From assembly GCA_977017575.1 (NCBI GenBank), contig CDRNVI010000039.1, positions 310,001 to 374,000 on the forward strand: 64,000 bases of DNA, written 5' to 3'. A model generated the notes under the pieces. It was not told where the DNA came from, made no database searches, and saw nothing but the letters and a program-made list of their open reading frames with translations. The DNA comes from Paramoeba atlantica. Taxonomy: Eukaryota; Protista; Discosea. The position numbers were made by a program, and so were the translations under genes. This document shows positions 1 to 11,089 of the stretch, in pieces (position 1 is the first letter of the stretch; the number at the start of each line of letters is the position of its first letter).

Positions 1-222
1 TAAAGATACGATCCTGTAAGTGTGATGCACTGTAAAATGTAACCTGTGATGTGCATGGCCCTTGGCGACAACTGAGGACGCATAGACCAGAAACAAGTAG
101 GAGTCAGCAACGTAAGGTAAGTGAAGTAACCGAATTGTTCACTAACTTCTTGGAAGGACTTCGAGGATCATTCACAACACTCTCCTACGTGAATGTGTCC
201 TACGATTTCGTACATGTAGTTG

Positions 223-1371
223 TCACTTTCCAGAGCAAACGTGACAGCAAGATGACTTCCAATTATTGCAGAACACGCGCAGACACTGAGGACATATATT
301 CGCTACTCCCGTTAGAGCTCCATGACAGCAACATGCAGGTCTCAAGTCGGACCGGGTTTCTGTGCTAGTAGTGTTAAGGGATCCAATATTAGATCTAGAC
401 CTCTTTAGCGATTCAAGAACGACGGGTACGATTTCATCCAGTGCAGCGTGCACTACTACTCCATGAGTCAGGTATGCAACGTGACGCAAAGCTAAAAGAA
501 TGTTTAAATCGTTTGACGAACCAGTCGTGAAATGTTCAGAACGGCTGCTCCTATTTGCTTCAGAAAACTTATTTTTCCAAAGAACTGTAGAGAAAGAAAC
601 GCCCTCCTGCATTGAACAAAAGGTTGCGTTCATAAGTTTCTTCCAAGAAGAATTCGTAAATTGATTTTGTTGTGTGATAGCACACTCTGGAAGGAGAAGA
701 ATTACGTGAGGTTCTATATTGGCATCAAATTCTAATGTAGACTCTTGACGATGACCAATATTTCTGGAATTTGCTGTGGAAAATTGAGATTGAATACGAT
801 GCCAAGCGCATAAAGCTAAACTAAGAGCAGTGCCAATGTCTACAGAAGGGGGTAAGACTGCTCGGACACTGTCCGTCTTTTCTTTCAGCACAGATGCGGT
901 CAACTTTATATTTTGTAGGATTGAAAGAATAGATTGCATGAAGAATGCAGCTTGAGGATAAGTGTATTTTTCTTCTTCTGGAGTCTCACCCTCAGGAGAC
1001 TTTGCTGAAGTGTCATTTACTATATTGTCGAGTGATGGAACAGACGCAAATGAGTCTGGCATGATGTCAGAGTCCCCTATTACTTTCCCTACAATTGGAC
1101 CAACTGAATCAACGTCTATCCATGCACAATGAGGACCATATAATACCAAAACTTGTACCGTGTGCCCCATAGACTGACAAGCCGTAAGAATGAACAAGAC
1201 TTGGTCCAAAAAAGGAATCCTTTGCAAAGAGGAAGCGTTGAGTATATGTGAAGAATCTGAATTCAGATTGATGGTTCCGTCATACGGAGTGAGATCCAAA
1301 AGAAGAATAATGGCCCGTGGCACTTCGCTAACCAAGAGAGGACCAAGATTGTCTTGGACACTGTCATTCAT
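223..1371 (-). CDS. TFB4: TFIIH core subunit Tfb4/p34
   Basis: N-terminal vWA-like IILLLDLTP strand; C-terminal Zn motif CCCHG...ICPQCLRVFC...CHVC. Confidence 0.85.
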   Translation of the reverse strand: MNDSVQDNLGPLLVSEVPRAIILLLDLTPYDGTINLNSDSSHILNASSLQRIPFLDQVLFILTACQSMGHTVQVLVLYGPHCAWIDVDSVGPIVGKVIGDSDIMPDSFASVPSLDNIVNDTSAKSPEGETPEEEKYTYPQAAFFMQSILSILQNIKLTASVLKEKTDSVRAVLPPSVDIGTALSLALCAWHRIQSQFSTANSRNIGHRQESTLEFDANIEPHVILLLPECAITQQNQFTNSSWKKLMNATFCSMQEGVSFSTVLWKNKFSEANRSSRSEHFTTGSSNDLNILLALRHVAYLTHGVVVHAALDEIVPVVLESLKRSRSNIGSLNTTSTETRSDLRPACCCHGALTGVANICPQCLRVFCNNWKSSCCHVCSGK

Positions 1372-1686
1372 GGGAAAGAGAAAAAAATATTAAGACGAAA
1401 AAGTATGGGATCAATTGAACCAGCCTTGTACATGGCAGGCAGGTATACGTACAGGCATACATTTGTATAAGTTAGCATTTGTTTTGTGTTGTAATTTTTT
1501 TTAATGCTCGCTAAAATATTTCGAATGTTTTGCTTCCTACATTCAGTATTGGACTGAGTTAGTCGAAAGCTAGATTATTTACCAGCCATGTAAGGGCCTC
1601 TCTCAACGAATAAAATTTGTAGTATGAAAAAATCTTTTGGTGCTTTAAAAAAACGAAGCAATCGGTAGTGTAGTAGTACGATATAT

Positions 1687-2394
1687 TTAACATGATCTCA
1701 TGATGTTTACTTCGCTTCTAGGAGCAAACAAACAAACACCCAAGTGCATGATGCCACGTCTGAAAGCCTCCATTAAGGCAGGGTCGTGACCAAAATAAAC
1801 TTTGTGAACTACATCGTTGTTCTCTTTGTTCTCAAGTACAAAGAAACAATCGGCTTCTAAATTTTCTGTAAAATTTGCGGATAAAACGCCATAAAAGTTT
1901 TTTACGCTTGGTATTGGAATCTGTAGATAGCCTTGAGAATCGTCAAAGGAAGCGTAAATAAAAAAATAGTGCTTTGGAGCAAATTGTGAACTAAGAGTGT
2001 CCTCCTTTCCTGAATCAGGTAATTGATGGCGAAAAACTAGGCGCTCTCTTTGATGGAAAGGAAAAAATAAAGTTCCAGCTGAGGGCACTACAATTGATGC
2101 CTTTGTAGTGCCGACATCCTCTTCTTGGCGTGCTCTATTTCCTTCTATGTGAAGTGAACCGTATTGGAAGGAATCAAAAGGACTTGAGAGAAGGACCGGA
2201 GATTCAAAGTGTGGATTGCTAGTCAGGCTTTCAAGGGACGCCTCTCGTGATGTGTGTACCGGGCTGCCTAATGAAACGTACGTTTTTCCGTGTGAAGACT
2301 GTCTCTTGCGCGCTACTTTTTTCGTCTTCGGCGTTTTAGAAGCAAGATTCGAATCTTTGGCAGGTGTTCGTTTTACAGACTTCCGGGACGCCAT
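1687..2394 (-). CDS. hypothetical protein with basic, SP/TP-rich N-terminus
   Basis: 235 aa ATG ORF co-oriented with the cluster; no family recognised. Confidence 0.7.
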   Translation of the reverse strand: MASRKSVKRTPAKDSNLASKTPKTKKVARKRQSSHGKTYVSLGSPVHTSREASLESLTSNPHFESPVLLSSPFDSFQYGSLHIEGNRARQEEDVGTTKASIVVPSAGTLFFPFHQRERLVFRHQLPDSGKEDTLSSQFAPKHYFFIYASFDDSQGYLQIPIPSVKNFYGVLSANFTENLEADCFFVLENKENNDVVHKVYFGHDPALMEAFRRGIMHLGVCLFAPRSEVNIMRSC

Positions 2395-2727
2395 TCTAAT
2401 ATTTTTTTATTGCTATAGAATTTCAAAAAATTACTAAAAGTGATAGGGTCATCGGTAAAAAGCAGTACGGTGTAGATATTGTTTAAGTAAGGATTAAAGA
2501 ACGGATACAATATCCTTCCACTGTTGCTGTTTTAGTCAAGGTTCTTACCTATCAAGATTCAGATACATTCGACTATGAAAATCATTTGCTTAATAAATTA
2601 GACTTTTTGCAACAATGTTACAAAAGAGGCTTTGCATATTGCAGACTCACCCACAAGCTCTAAACATTCCATTTGACTCCGCAAGTCGCTTATCTTTTCT
2701 TGACTACAATGTTATTCGGACCTACCC

Positions 2728-5538
2728 TTATTCGATGCATATGGGACGAAGAGAGGGAACAACAGAATACGATTCGATCCATTTGTCATTCAGTAGTTCG
2801 TCTTCAAACATGGTTACTTTCCTACGACGAAGTAGCCGCTCCGCGTGAATACAAGCAGCAATAAGGGCGTGTTTTTCAGAAAATCCGATACCGTAGGCTT
2901 TGATTTGGGTTTCTTTGTCACCGAAACTGCAGGAAGCTTGCACAAAAGTTTCTTTATTTTTGATATCCGGCAATTCCTGTCCGGTTAAATGCAACGGAAT
3001 ATCAATACATGCCAAGTATCGTTTAGGATCAATCCTCCACAATAAAGTTTGTTCCCGCAACGAACAGCCAAAATATACTTCTAAGTAGCATCGAACACGA
3101 TACTCTGCGCGGTGATCTATTTTCCCATAAGAAAATTTTTCGTACGACGTCAAGTCTTGTGACTGGTATTCGGGAACTCGTGCCTTCTTTTTACCCTGTC
3201 GCCACTGAACAAACCGTAGCCAACGCACACTCTCCTCACATTCATAACGAATAGGAAGCGGAATGGAGGATGGACGACGGACAACTAAAATATCGTGAAG
3301 ATACTGAGTGTTCAAATTATCAAAAAGTCGTACACCATAGTATTGAAGCGTACACTCAGCATGCATGCAAGCTAGACAAAGTGCTTCGTTTATAGAATGT
3401 CCCACACCAATAGAAACTGAAGGAGAGGCAACATCGATTGCGTGATTCGAATCGATTTGCTTAAAAGAAACAGATCTCCTGATCGTGTATGGTAACGGGA
3501 ACTTGAGCTCGACTTGATAAGTTTTGTGTGAACACAGGGACGATGTAGCTTTTGCATGCAAAAATTCACGTAGATGAAGCCCTAGCCGTTGAAAGTAATG
3601 AGTCATTCTTCTTATAGAATTGGGATCTACATCCTGAAGAGATATTTGCGCGTATGGATTTCCACATTTTCCTAGGTTGGCGGGGACAACTGTATATCCT
3701 TCATGCTCGAGAGTTTCCCTTGCAGGACCGTAAACGATGGGAGCAATATACTTCTTTTCCACATGATAGTAAAAATCGCACCGATTTTCCGAAGCTGGAT
3801 GACCAGTGCTTCTGCTTTGACAAGTGATCTTCCCTTCGCTTTTGCATGAATTTTCATCTGCTGATAGGGTGCTTGATTTCCGTGCTTCCACGCAAATATC
3901 AGACTGCTCATCGACAGTAGTGGATGTGAAAGAGTTTTTGCATGTAGAAACATCTTTGAATTCTATGCTATGTGTCGCCATTTCCGCTTTGTTCCGTACG
4001 AGATTGTTTTCAGAAAGATGCATGACGGCAAGTCGATACGCATTGTAGTATCTACGTGCTACTCCTACGCCTTCGACATCTTTATTAGAAGCATTGAAAC
4101 ATTGCACTCTCCACAACTTGGCACGATGAACGTAGACAGATTTTACAAGAATGGTTCCGTGTGACATATTGAATTCGTTTGCGGTTCGAAGTCCATTTTG
4201 AAAAAGCACTTTGTTTTCGCTTTTGGACATATTAATTCTGGAGTGTCGTAAATTTTGATGACTCGTTTTCGTAGCCTCGATGTCGTCCAGATCAACAATT
4301 TCTTTATAAGATCCAAAGGTTTGAGTACTGACCCTTTGCGAAAATATGCGAATAGGAAGAGGCGGAGAAGTATCGGCCGTTTGAGAAGAGCTACTCTTGT
4401 CGGCTGCAACTTTTTGTTCGTTAAAAACTCTCTTCAGCAAAAATAACGTGCTCTCATGAGCTTGCTGAAAGAAAGTTTGTTTATGCAAAGGAGCGCCATA
4501 GTAATCTAGTAGCAATTCGGCGTGCATCGCTGCTGCAAAAAGCGCCCGTCGCCACGTAATCCCGTAACCTATAGCATACACCCGTTCATCAGTGTAAGCC
4601 TGTAAGACGTATTTTGGCATATAAAGAACTATGCGACATAAACGTTTCGGGGAGTTTTCATCAGATTTTAGCAATACTTTGGAATAGTGAGCAAAGTGAC
4701 CAAGTTTTCTGGGCGTGTGTGATCTATACCAGCGACTAATGCGGGCTAGACTTCTCTTATCGACAACACTTGGAGAGGTGAGGGTATGCCAGAGAGCAGC
4801 TTCCTTTCTTCGAGGCCACATAGCTGAAAGGGTAGAGGTTACCGCATTCCTTTCTCTGCTATCTTTCACTGCAATTCGTTTTGATATGAGTATCGGTGGT
4901 GTCGGCACTTTCGGATCCTGTTTTTGTGAATGTATGGTAAATTTATCTCCAACAGAATTAGCGTAATTAAGCTGAGCAGAAGAAAGGCGAAATAGAGGAA
5001 AACCTAGGGCTCCTAGAATGCGTTCGGCGTGCATCGCCGCAAGTACTCTTGCTTCTTTGGGATCTATGCCCACCCCGCATGCTGTGCGAGTGCCATAAGG
5101 GTACGGCAAATACAAGTTGAGAGTAGCTGAAAACCTTCGAAATCCATACTGTTCACCGGCTTCTATGGATGCTATTAGATAGAGATCATCTGCTTCGACC
5201 TTGTGCGTACAAGAATTTGACGTGGCCCCATAGTTTGAATTGCGTCGTATTCTTTCAAGACGAGTAACGAAATTTGCTACTCGAGCTAAACTCATGTTAT
5301 CCAAATTGCTGATAGACTGGGCTTCAAACCTTGCTATATCTTGATGCAACATTAAAGCAAATTGAGTAGAAGACGGACGCTGGGATCCATCGAACATAGA
5401 GTCTTTGGTCGTGCAAGGTGTCTGGGTTGCACACGAACGAGCTATGCTAAGGTAAAGGCTTGCGCGAGCGCAATAAAAACAGGTTTTAGCTAATACTGGT
5501 AGCTTACTGGGCTGTATAAAAATACATCTGGATGACAT
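2728..5538 (-). CDS. multi-dsRBD (REH2-type DSRM repeat) protein, probably mitochondrial RNA-binding
   Basis: Five copies of a G-x-G-x(8-9)-A-x-(M/I)-H motif, four continuing HAE-x2-L; basic/hydroxylated N-terminus. Confidence 0.65.
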   Translation of the reverse strand: MSSRCIFIQPSKLPVLAKTCFYCARASLYLSIARSCATQTPCTTKDSMFDGSQRPSSTQFALMLHQDIARFEAQSISNLDNMSLARVANFVTRLERIRRNSNYGATSNSCTHKVEADDLYLIASIEAGEQYGFRRFSATLNLYLPYPYGTRTACGVGIDPKEARVLAAMHAERILGALGFPLFRLSSAQLNYANSVGDKFTIHSQKQDPKVPTPPILISKRIAVKDSRERNAVTSTLSAMWPRRKEAALWHTLTSPSVVDKRSLARISRWYRSHTPRKLGHFAHYSKVLLKSDENSPKRLCRIVLYMPKYVLQAYTDERVYAIGYGITWRRALFAAAMHAELLLDYYGAPLHKQTFFQQAHESTLFLLKRVFNEQKVAADKSSSSQTADTSPPLPIRIFSQRVSTQTFGSYKEIVDLDDIEATKTSHQNLRHSRINMSKSENKVLFQNGLRTANEFNMSHGTILVKSVYVHRAKLWRVQCFNASNKDVEGVGVARRYYNAYRLAVMHLSENNLVRNKAEMATHSIEFKDVSTCKNSFTSTTVDEQSDICVEARKSSTLSADENSCKSEGKITCQSRSTGHPASENRCDFYYHVEKKYIAPIVYGPARETLEHEGYTVVPANLGKCGNPYAQISLQDVDPNSIRRMTHYFQRLGLHLREFLHAKATSSLCSHKTYQVELKFPLPYTIRRSVSFKQIDSNHAIDVASPSVSIGVGHSINEALCLACMHAECTLQYYGVRLFDNLNTQYLHDILVVRRPSSIPLPIRYECEESVRWLRFVQWRQGKKKARVPEYQSQDLTSYEKFSYGKIDHRAEYRVRCYLEVYFGCSLREQTLLWRIDPKRYLACIDIPLHLTGQELPDIKNKETFVQASCSFGDKETQIKAYGIGFSEKHALIAACIHAERLLRRRKVTMFEDELLNDKWIESYSVVPSLRPICIE

Positions 5539-6215
5539 TCACCTAGTTTCCCTTGTGCGCGATACTTCTATTTTATGCAACTTGACAGTGTTGATCAATA
5601 TTGCTTCTAAGAAGCTGATTGTCATCCGAAAGTTTATGAATCATAGAAACAGGACCTATTCCATCGATGGAGTAAAAGGACCCGATACAGTTCGTAAGTT
5701 TGCATTGTAAGGGCCGCGAATAAAAGCCTTGTTTTCGTGTTCCTGATTCTCATTTCAGTCCCTTTTTAAATTTGGGGAAAATACGAAATCTTGTGTGTTT
5801 CACAGTACAGTTTAGTGATATTAAGTTTGACTAAATTATTGTTATTAAATTCGCTATTCTTTATCCGGCATCACGGATAATCCCATTATTTTTGACTAAA
5901 GAATAACACAAGCCGAAAATACTAAGTCATAAGAAATCGACAGCAAAAGTCAGGTGAAATTCATTTCAAGGAAAGGCAAGAAATCCATATTTCTTTTTTC
6001 AAACCACATTTAATCTTTTCGAACCACATTTCAGGCGTGCTTAGAAGACAAAAGTAAAGGGAGTGGTAGGGATATGTACCTTTTTTTTCTATGCGTACAT
6101 TTTCGAGCTGTGTGCTTTTTAAAATCCTGTCACCACGCTGCTTAGAAATAAATGCTACTGTAAAGTAGGATTTTCTTTAATAATTTTCATGTCAAGTATT
6201 GCAATCAAAACAACA

Positions 6216-6440
6216 CTACTTCGCCGGCGAAGGTTTATTGCATTCGCTGTCAGGTGGATCCACTAAGCTCATGAGAGATGACTCCAATTGATTCTCTAAC
6301 TTATTTAAAACAATGCCAATCTCATCTACCTTAGCTGTAACTCGAGAAGCAATAGTATCAAATTTGGATTTTGTCTCATCTAACAGCGTGCTCATGCAAC
6401 TCCTTAGATGCCGTTCAAAATCGGGTGTGCTCTCCGACAT
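6216..6440 (-). CDS. HSBP1: heat shock factor binding protein 1-like coiled coil
   Basis: STLLDETKSKFDTIASRVTAKVDEIGIVLNKLE parallels the HSBP1 pattern [25 protein letters not shown]. Confidence 0.65.
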   Translation of the reverse strand: MSESTPDFERHLRSCMSTLLDETKSKFDTIASRVTAKVDEIGIVLNKLENQLESSLMSLVDPPDSECNKPSPAK

Positions 6441-6629
6441 TTATTACAGTAACATAAAGAAATATTACTGTAGTGCAAAATTGAAATTTGTCGACAAAAG
6501 GCCGTTTTCAATTCTAGTAGGAGAATACAAACGTTTTCAATTCTATAGTAGGAGAATACAAACTCCGAAGCAAAGTACGGAGTCAAGGATAGGCATAATG
6601 AAAACCGCTCATAAATTCGTATACAAACA

Positions 6630-7856
6630 CTATTTCAAGAATTTCATAGTTTTTTCGGCTGCGTCAGACAAGTCGGTGGCTGATTCAATTTTCAAGCCAC
6701 TTTCGGCCAAAATTTGTATGCCCAGATCTTGATTGGTGCCTGAGAGCCTGACCACAAGAGGCACACGAGGGGTGACGGCCTTACACGCCTGCACGACGCC
6801 TTGCGCAATTGTGTCACATTTCATAATCCCCCCAAAAATATTAATGAGAATAACTTTAACGCGAGGATCTTTTTGAATTAATTGAAGCGCCGCGTTAACC
6901 TGCTCTGCGTCAGCAGATCCACCAATATCAAGAAAATTAGCAGGGGTTCCACCGAAAAGGTGAATGGTGTCCATTGTTGCCATCGCCAATCCTGCGCCAT
7001 TGACAAGACAGCCGACATCTCCGTCAAGACCAATATAATTAATATTCCATTTGCGAGCCTCTGCCTCTCGAGGATCAAGAACTTCTCGGCACCATTCTTC
7101 GCTAAGAGCTTTGTGACGAAAAAGGGCGTTATCGTCTATAGTAATCTTGGCATCCACACAGGCGTACCCTCTCCCCCCAGACAGCTCCACAAAAGGGTTA
7201 ATTTCCACCAACAGCGCATCATTAGACCTGCTGAATTCATAAAGATCCACAAAAAACTGCGCCGCCTGTGATTTCATGCCTAATTTCTGCGCCACCTCCT
7301 GAGCCTTTTCCAAACTCAACCCCGTGTCATACGCAATCCCCACCCTCACCACCTCCCCCGGACACCCCTTCTCCACCTCCACCCCACCCGCCGCCGACAC
7401 CAACAGCACCGCCCCCCCTGCGGACGCCTCCAGCGTAATCGCCACATAGTACTCCCTTTCATACTCCAAGCACTCCGCCACGAAAACCTCCCGCACCACA
7501 CACCCCCCCGGCCCGGTCTGGCTCGTCACCAGGGTGTGGCCCAGCATCGCTTTCGCGACCCCCGCGACCTGGTCCCGCGAGGCACACAGGTGGACCCCCC
7601 CTTTGAGCCCGTGGGTGAACACCCCCTTGCCGCGGCCCCCGGCCAGCACGTGGGCCTTGACGACGGCACGGCCCGCGGGGAGACGCGCCCCGGCCCGGGC
7701 GGCGTGGGCCACCGTGGGGCACACGAACCCGTTCTGGACCGCGGCGACGGGGGAGAGGAGTCGCTTGGCGACCCCCTCGTAGAGGTGGAGGAAGCGTCGG
7801 GGGGCGTGGAAGGGGGAGGGGAGGAGAGGAGGGGGGTGGAGAGGGGAGAGGGGCAT
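6630..7856 (-). CDS. succinyl-CoA ligase beta subunit
   Basis: VVKAHVLAGGRGKG, EINPF, DAKITIDDNALFRH, GCLVNGAGLAMATMD, NIFGGIMKCD. Confidence 0.97.
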   Translation of the reverse strand: MPLSPLHPPPLLPSPFHAPRRFLHLYEGVAKRLLSPVAAVQNGFVCPTVAHAARAGARLPAGRAVVKAHVLAGGRGKGVFTHGLKGGVHLCASRDQVAGVAKAMLGHTLVTSQTGPGGCVVREVFVAECLEYEREYYVAITLEASAGGAVLLVSAAGGVEVEKGCPGEVVRVGIAYDTGLSLEKAQEVAQKLGMKSQAAQFFVDLYEFSRSNDALLVEINPFVELSGGRGYACVDAKITIDDNALFRHKALSEEWCREVLDPREAEARKWNINYIGLDGDVGCLVNGAGLAMATMDTIHLFGGTPANFLDIGGSADAEQVNAALQLIQKDPRVKVILINIFGGIMKCDTIAQGVVQACKAVTPRVPLVVRLSGTNQDLGIQILAESGLKIESATDLSDAAEKTMKFLK

Positions 7857-8093
7857 GGGGGAGGGGGTAGGGAAGGTTTCGTAAGGACGAGTAATTTTTT
7901 TTTTGTTTTTTGTTTTTTGTTTTTGTTGTTGTGTAGAGTGATGCTTGCTGGGAAGTTTTTGCTTGATATTTTTCTTGGTTACAGATTTTTTGGTGCTTAT
8001 ACTTTAGTGTACTCTATTGGTCACCCATGTATAAAGATTTGAAAATCTTTAAAGAACTAATTTTAGGCGTTGCAAATACAACGGAATACAGTT

Positions 8094-9845
8094 TTACCCT
8101 AATGCAAGAGTTCGCATAAGCCAACTTAAGACATAAAGGGAGAGAAAAATGATGGGGATCCATCTTAGCAAAAATTTTGTGCGTGCTGTCGTATCAACTT
8201 CTGGTATTGCCCACATTTTAATTACGTTCGTGATATGGGCAGCACGAAAGGCAAGAAAAATAAATAGAGTAGAGCAGAGTAGGAAATTCAGCCCACTGTG
8301 CTGTCGAGGAAGAAGTTGTAGTACAGTTTTCGGATTTCCATTGGGCTCTGAGGTTCCCATCCATATGTGAAATTGACAGATGTAGGTCTCGAGGGTGATG
8401 CGCCCAAACCATGACAGACCGGAAACATAATGCATACGAAAGACCTGAAAGAGGTTGCGTCCCGTGACGTAAGCAAGCAGCGGCCACCATGAAGTGTAGG
8501 GATGTAGAACATTGTATGAATATTTATCCAAAGGAAAAAGAAAAACATACCACGAAAAAAGGAGAGCAAAGACTGTTACAGCAGCGAAGCTTTTTATTTT
8601 TGTTTGGCGCGAGCGTGCGGAACTGTCCAAGTGCTTTAAAGCATCGTCTAGATATGGAAGAGCGAATGCGGTGATCATCCCTAAAATCCAAATCCAGTGA
8701 TCAAGTTTCGAGCGAAAATACCATTCGTACATACGGTGCGCCAAGTTTTGCTGGGGAGCTGAACGGTCATATATCACGAAGGGCCATAATGGAGTCCAAA
8801 TAATTTCGAAAACAGACCGAGAGCTTTCCCAAATAAGTGCGGTAAAAAGGCTAACAAGAAGAAATTTCCTGGTCATACCTTTTGTAGAAGTATTAATCGA
8901 CGGAAGAATCGCCACAGTAGCGAAGACAAATAGTGTAAAAACTAGGTGAAGCATGCAGATGTAGTACAGCATGAACTGGTTGCCCATCATGAGACAGGTA
9001 CACACTGCAAGGAAGTTTAAACGCCATAACATGCGGGCTACTCGACGTCCCGAAAAATCTTGTTTGACGTAGTAATAGCTGAAGTTCCCAAAACCTGTTA
9101 GCCAAACATATCCTGCAATACAAAGCCGGATAAGACTGTAAGTTTGAGTTGCATTGTAATAATGATATAGAAGAAACATAAGCTGCATCAATCCTTTCCA
9201 CTCCTCAGTTTGATGTCTGGGTAGTGGAGGTATGTGGTATGATGAAACATCATTTACTTCCATTAAGTCGTCTATTGATTCGCCGTGCATGTAGGGTTTC
9301 CGACGGCTCACTCTTTGAGGTATTTTTCTTATTGTACACAATGCGAATATCGCAATTAAGAGCCATGCCCCATAAAGTGATTGAGCATCAAACTGACGAG
9401 GTGCATGTGCAAGCAAAGGCGTTCTGTCGCAAATGTAAAATAATATTAGCATAGTGCTCAGTTCGCTCCCCGCCAAAAATGCATCCACAGTTGAGGCATC
9501 CGCTGAGATAAGACATTGGAGACTGTGCTTCCAACTATCCCTAAAAGTCAAAGACGGAGCCTCATCAGATCGGTGAATGAGGCACCATGTTAGATAAAGG
9601 TGTAAAGACTTAAATAAGGCTGCAAGATACCATTGTAAGACAAACGTTGTTACGAGCCAAACAACCGACTGCCCTAGTAATAGCTCATTGTAGTCCGAAT
9701 GATGATGACAAAAGCGTAACAGAAACACCAAGAAGAGAAGACTTGTTATTGCGAAGAGGATATGAAATCTCCAAGTGCGGGAAGGCCTCACTTCAATCCT
9801 CGACGGCAAGCATTTTGATGCAAGGACCTCTGTGGATTTCTTCAT
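8094..9845 (-). CDS. Cas1p/RWA-family multi-TM O-acetyltransferase
   Basis: EEWKGLMQLMFLLYHYY, YVWLTGFGNFSYY, MLWRLNF, YYICMLH, GRITLETYICQFHIW. Confidence 0.9.
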   Translation of the reverse strand: MKKSTEVLASKCLPSRIEVRPSRTWRFHILFAITSLLFLVFLLRFCHHHSDYNELLLGQSVVWLVTTFVLQWYLAALFKSLHLYLTWCLIHRSDEAPSLTFRDSWKHSLQCLISADASTVDAFLAGSELSTMLILFYICDRTPLLAHAPRQFDAQSLYGAWLLIAIFALCTIRKIPQRVSRRKPYMHGESIDDLMEVNDVSSYHIPPLPRHQTEEWKGLMQLMFLLYHYYNATQTYSLIRLCIAGYVWLTGFGNFSYYYVKQDFSGRRVARMLWRLNFLAVCTCLMMGNQFMLYYICMLHLVFTLFVFATVAILPSINTSTKGMTRKFLLVSLFTALIWESSRSVFEIIWTPLWPFVIYDRSAPQQNLAHRMYEWYFRSKLDHWIWILGMITAFALPYLDDALKHLDSSARSRQTKIKSFAAVTVFALLFSWYVFLFPLDKYSYNVLHPYTSWWPLLAYVTGRNLFQVFRMHYVSGLSWFGRITLETYICQFHIWMGTSEPNGNPKTVLQLLPRQHSGLNFLLCSTLFIFLAFRAAHITNVIKMWAIPEVDTTARTKFLLRWIPIIFLSLYVLSWLMRTLALG

Positions 9846-10201
9846 TGAACAAATTCTGTGTTGGACATGCCAAACAATATTTTCACGTTCATTTTTTAAA
9901 GTAATATTACTTATTCATAGGTAATACCTACTTATAAGTAATAGAAAAAGAATTCAAACATGGTACAAATATTGTGTTTGCAATAGACTTCTTTGTCGTG
10001 ACTAGCACATTGTGTGTTATAATATTGGTCCCATGTACGTACTTACGAGCCAGAAAAAGTAAAGTTAGGCAAAATAGTAGGTAACCTACTAGTATAGTAC
10101 TACATTATAAAAGATTATCAATTTAACGCATTCTTACCGGCTGATTTTAAACAAGTCAAATTGAGACTTACATATTTTGCTTTCAATGTTTCACTCTGTT
10201 T

Positions 10202-10846
10202 TTAATTTGCATTTAAAGAAATTTTCTCTGTTGTACGCCGCAGAGTTTTGGCTTTCGTAAGGTGTTTAGTGCCTCTCAATTGTTTTTTCTCTGATTTTTG
10301 TGTGTTGAAATTGGTCTGAACCTCTGGAGTACCGTCGATCATCATAGAAGAGTCGTGAGAAGTTTCAGAAATCTTTGTTCGGTCAGCTTTCGTGGTACTA
10401 TTTTTAAGAGTTTTGCTTGCGTGTGCCTTAAGGACGGGATCTTCAACCATGTCGATGTTACGTCGGAGGTCCAACAAATCTTGTTTTTCTTCTGTCTCTT
10501 CCTTGGCCTCCATGCGCTTTTTCCAAAATCTCTCTGCTCGACGCGCTTTGGTTTCAGCAACGTTACGCATTGTGCGGATAGTTGTTTCTGTTAGCTCTCT
10601 GTCATAGCGTACCGGAACATTTTTCTTTCTTTCAAACTCCAAGGACTTGTCAAATGTCAACTCTTTATTTGTCGCCCGTCGGTATGTCTTCGTCCATCGA
10701 ACGCGCATTGGGTTTCTCTTCAACCCAAAGTTCTTTTTACACTTAGCCCGACAGAACCGAATAATTTTGCAGTCGTTACGAACAAACATTTGTCCGTGTC
10801 CAGGATACACTGGGCATCCGCAGTAGTTACACTTTTCAATTCTCAT
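10202..10846 (-). CDS. RLP24: ribosome biogenesis protein RLP24 (L24e family)
   Basis: MRIEKCNYCGCPVYPGHGQMFVRNDCKIIRFCRAKC...KRNP with long charged tail. Confidence 0.95.
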   Translation of the reverse strand: MRIEKCNYCGCPVYPGHGQMFVRNDCKIIRFCRAKCKKNFGLKRNPMRVRWTKTYRRATNKELTFDKSLEFERKKNVPVRYDRELTETTIRTMRNVAETKARRAERFWKKRMEAKEETEEKQDLLDLRRNIDMVEDPVLKAHASKTLKNSTTKADRTKISETSHDSSMMIDGTPEVQTNFNTQKSEKKQLRGTKHLTKAKTLRRTTEKISLNAN

Positions 10847-11089
10847 ATGAGAGTTTAGCGAAAGAAAAGAAATACAAGATATCTATATGATGTTGTAAGA
10901 ATAGTGTCATGAAAATTTTGCCAAGAAATGTGTCAGAATCTTTGAGATAAATGCAAGGCTAGACTGAAAATAAGAGGGGTGATACCTGCAAAAACTTGGC
11001 CAACTTGGAAAATAGGAGATTGGAAGCTATGTCACACGTCTACAACTTGCCTTCATAAATTGTCTTACCATGAAAGGATAAGAGTTAAT

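Noticed and set aside
5648-5660. AACAGGACCTAT shared with ~61710
   Set aside because: A single 12-mer match is expected by chance in 64 kb
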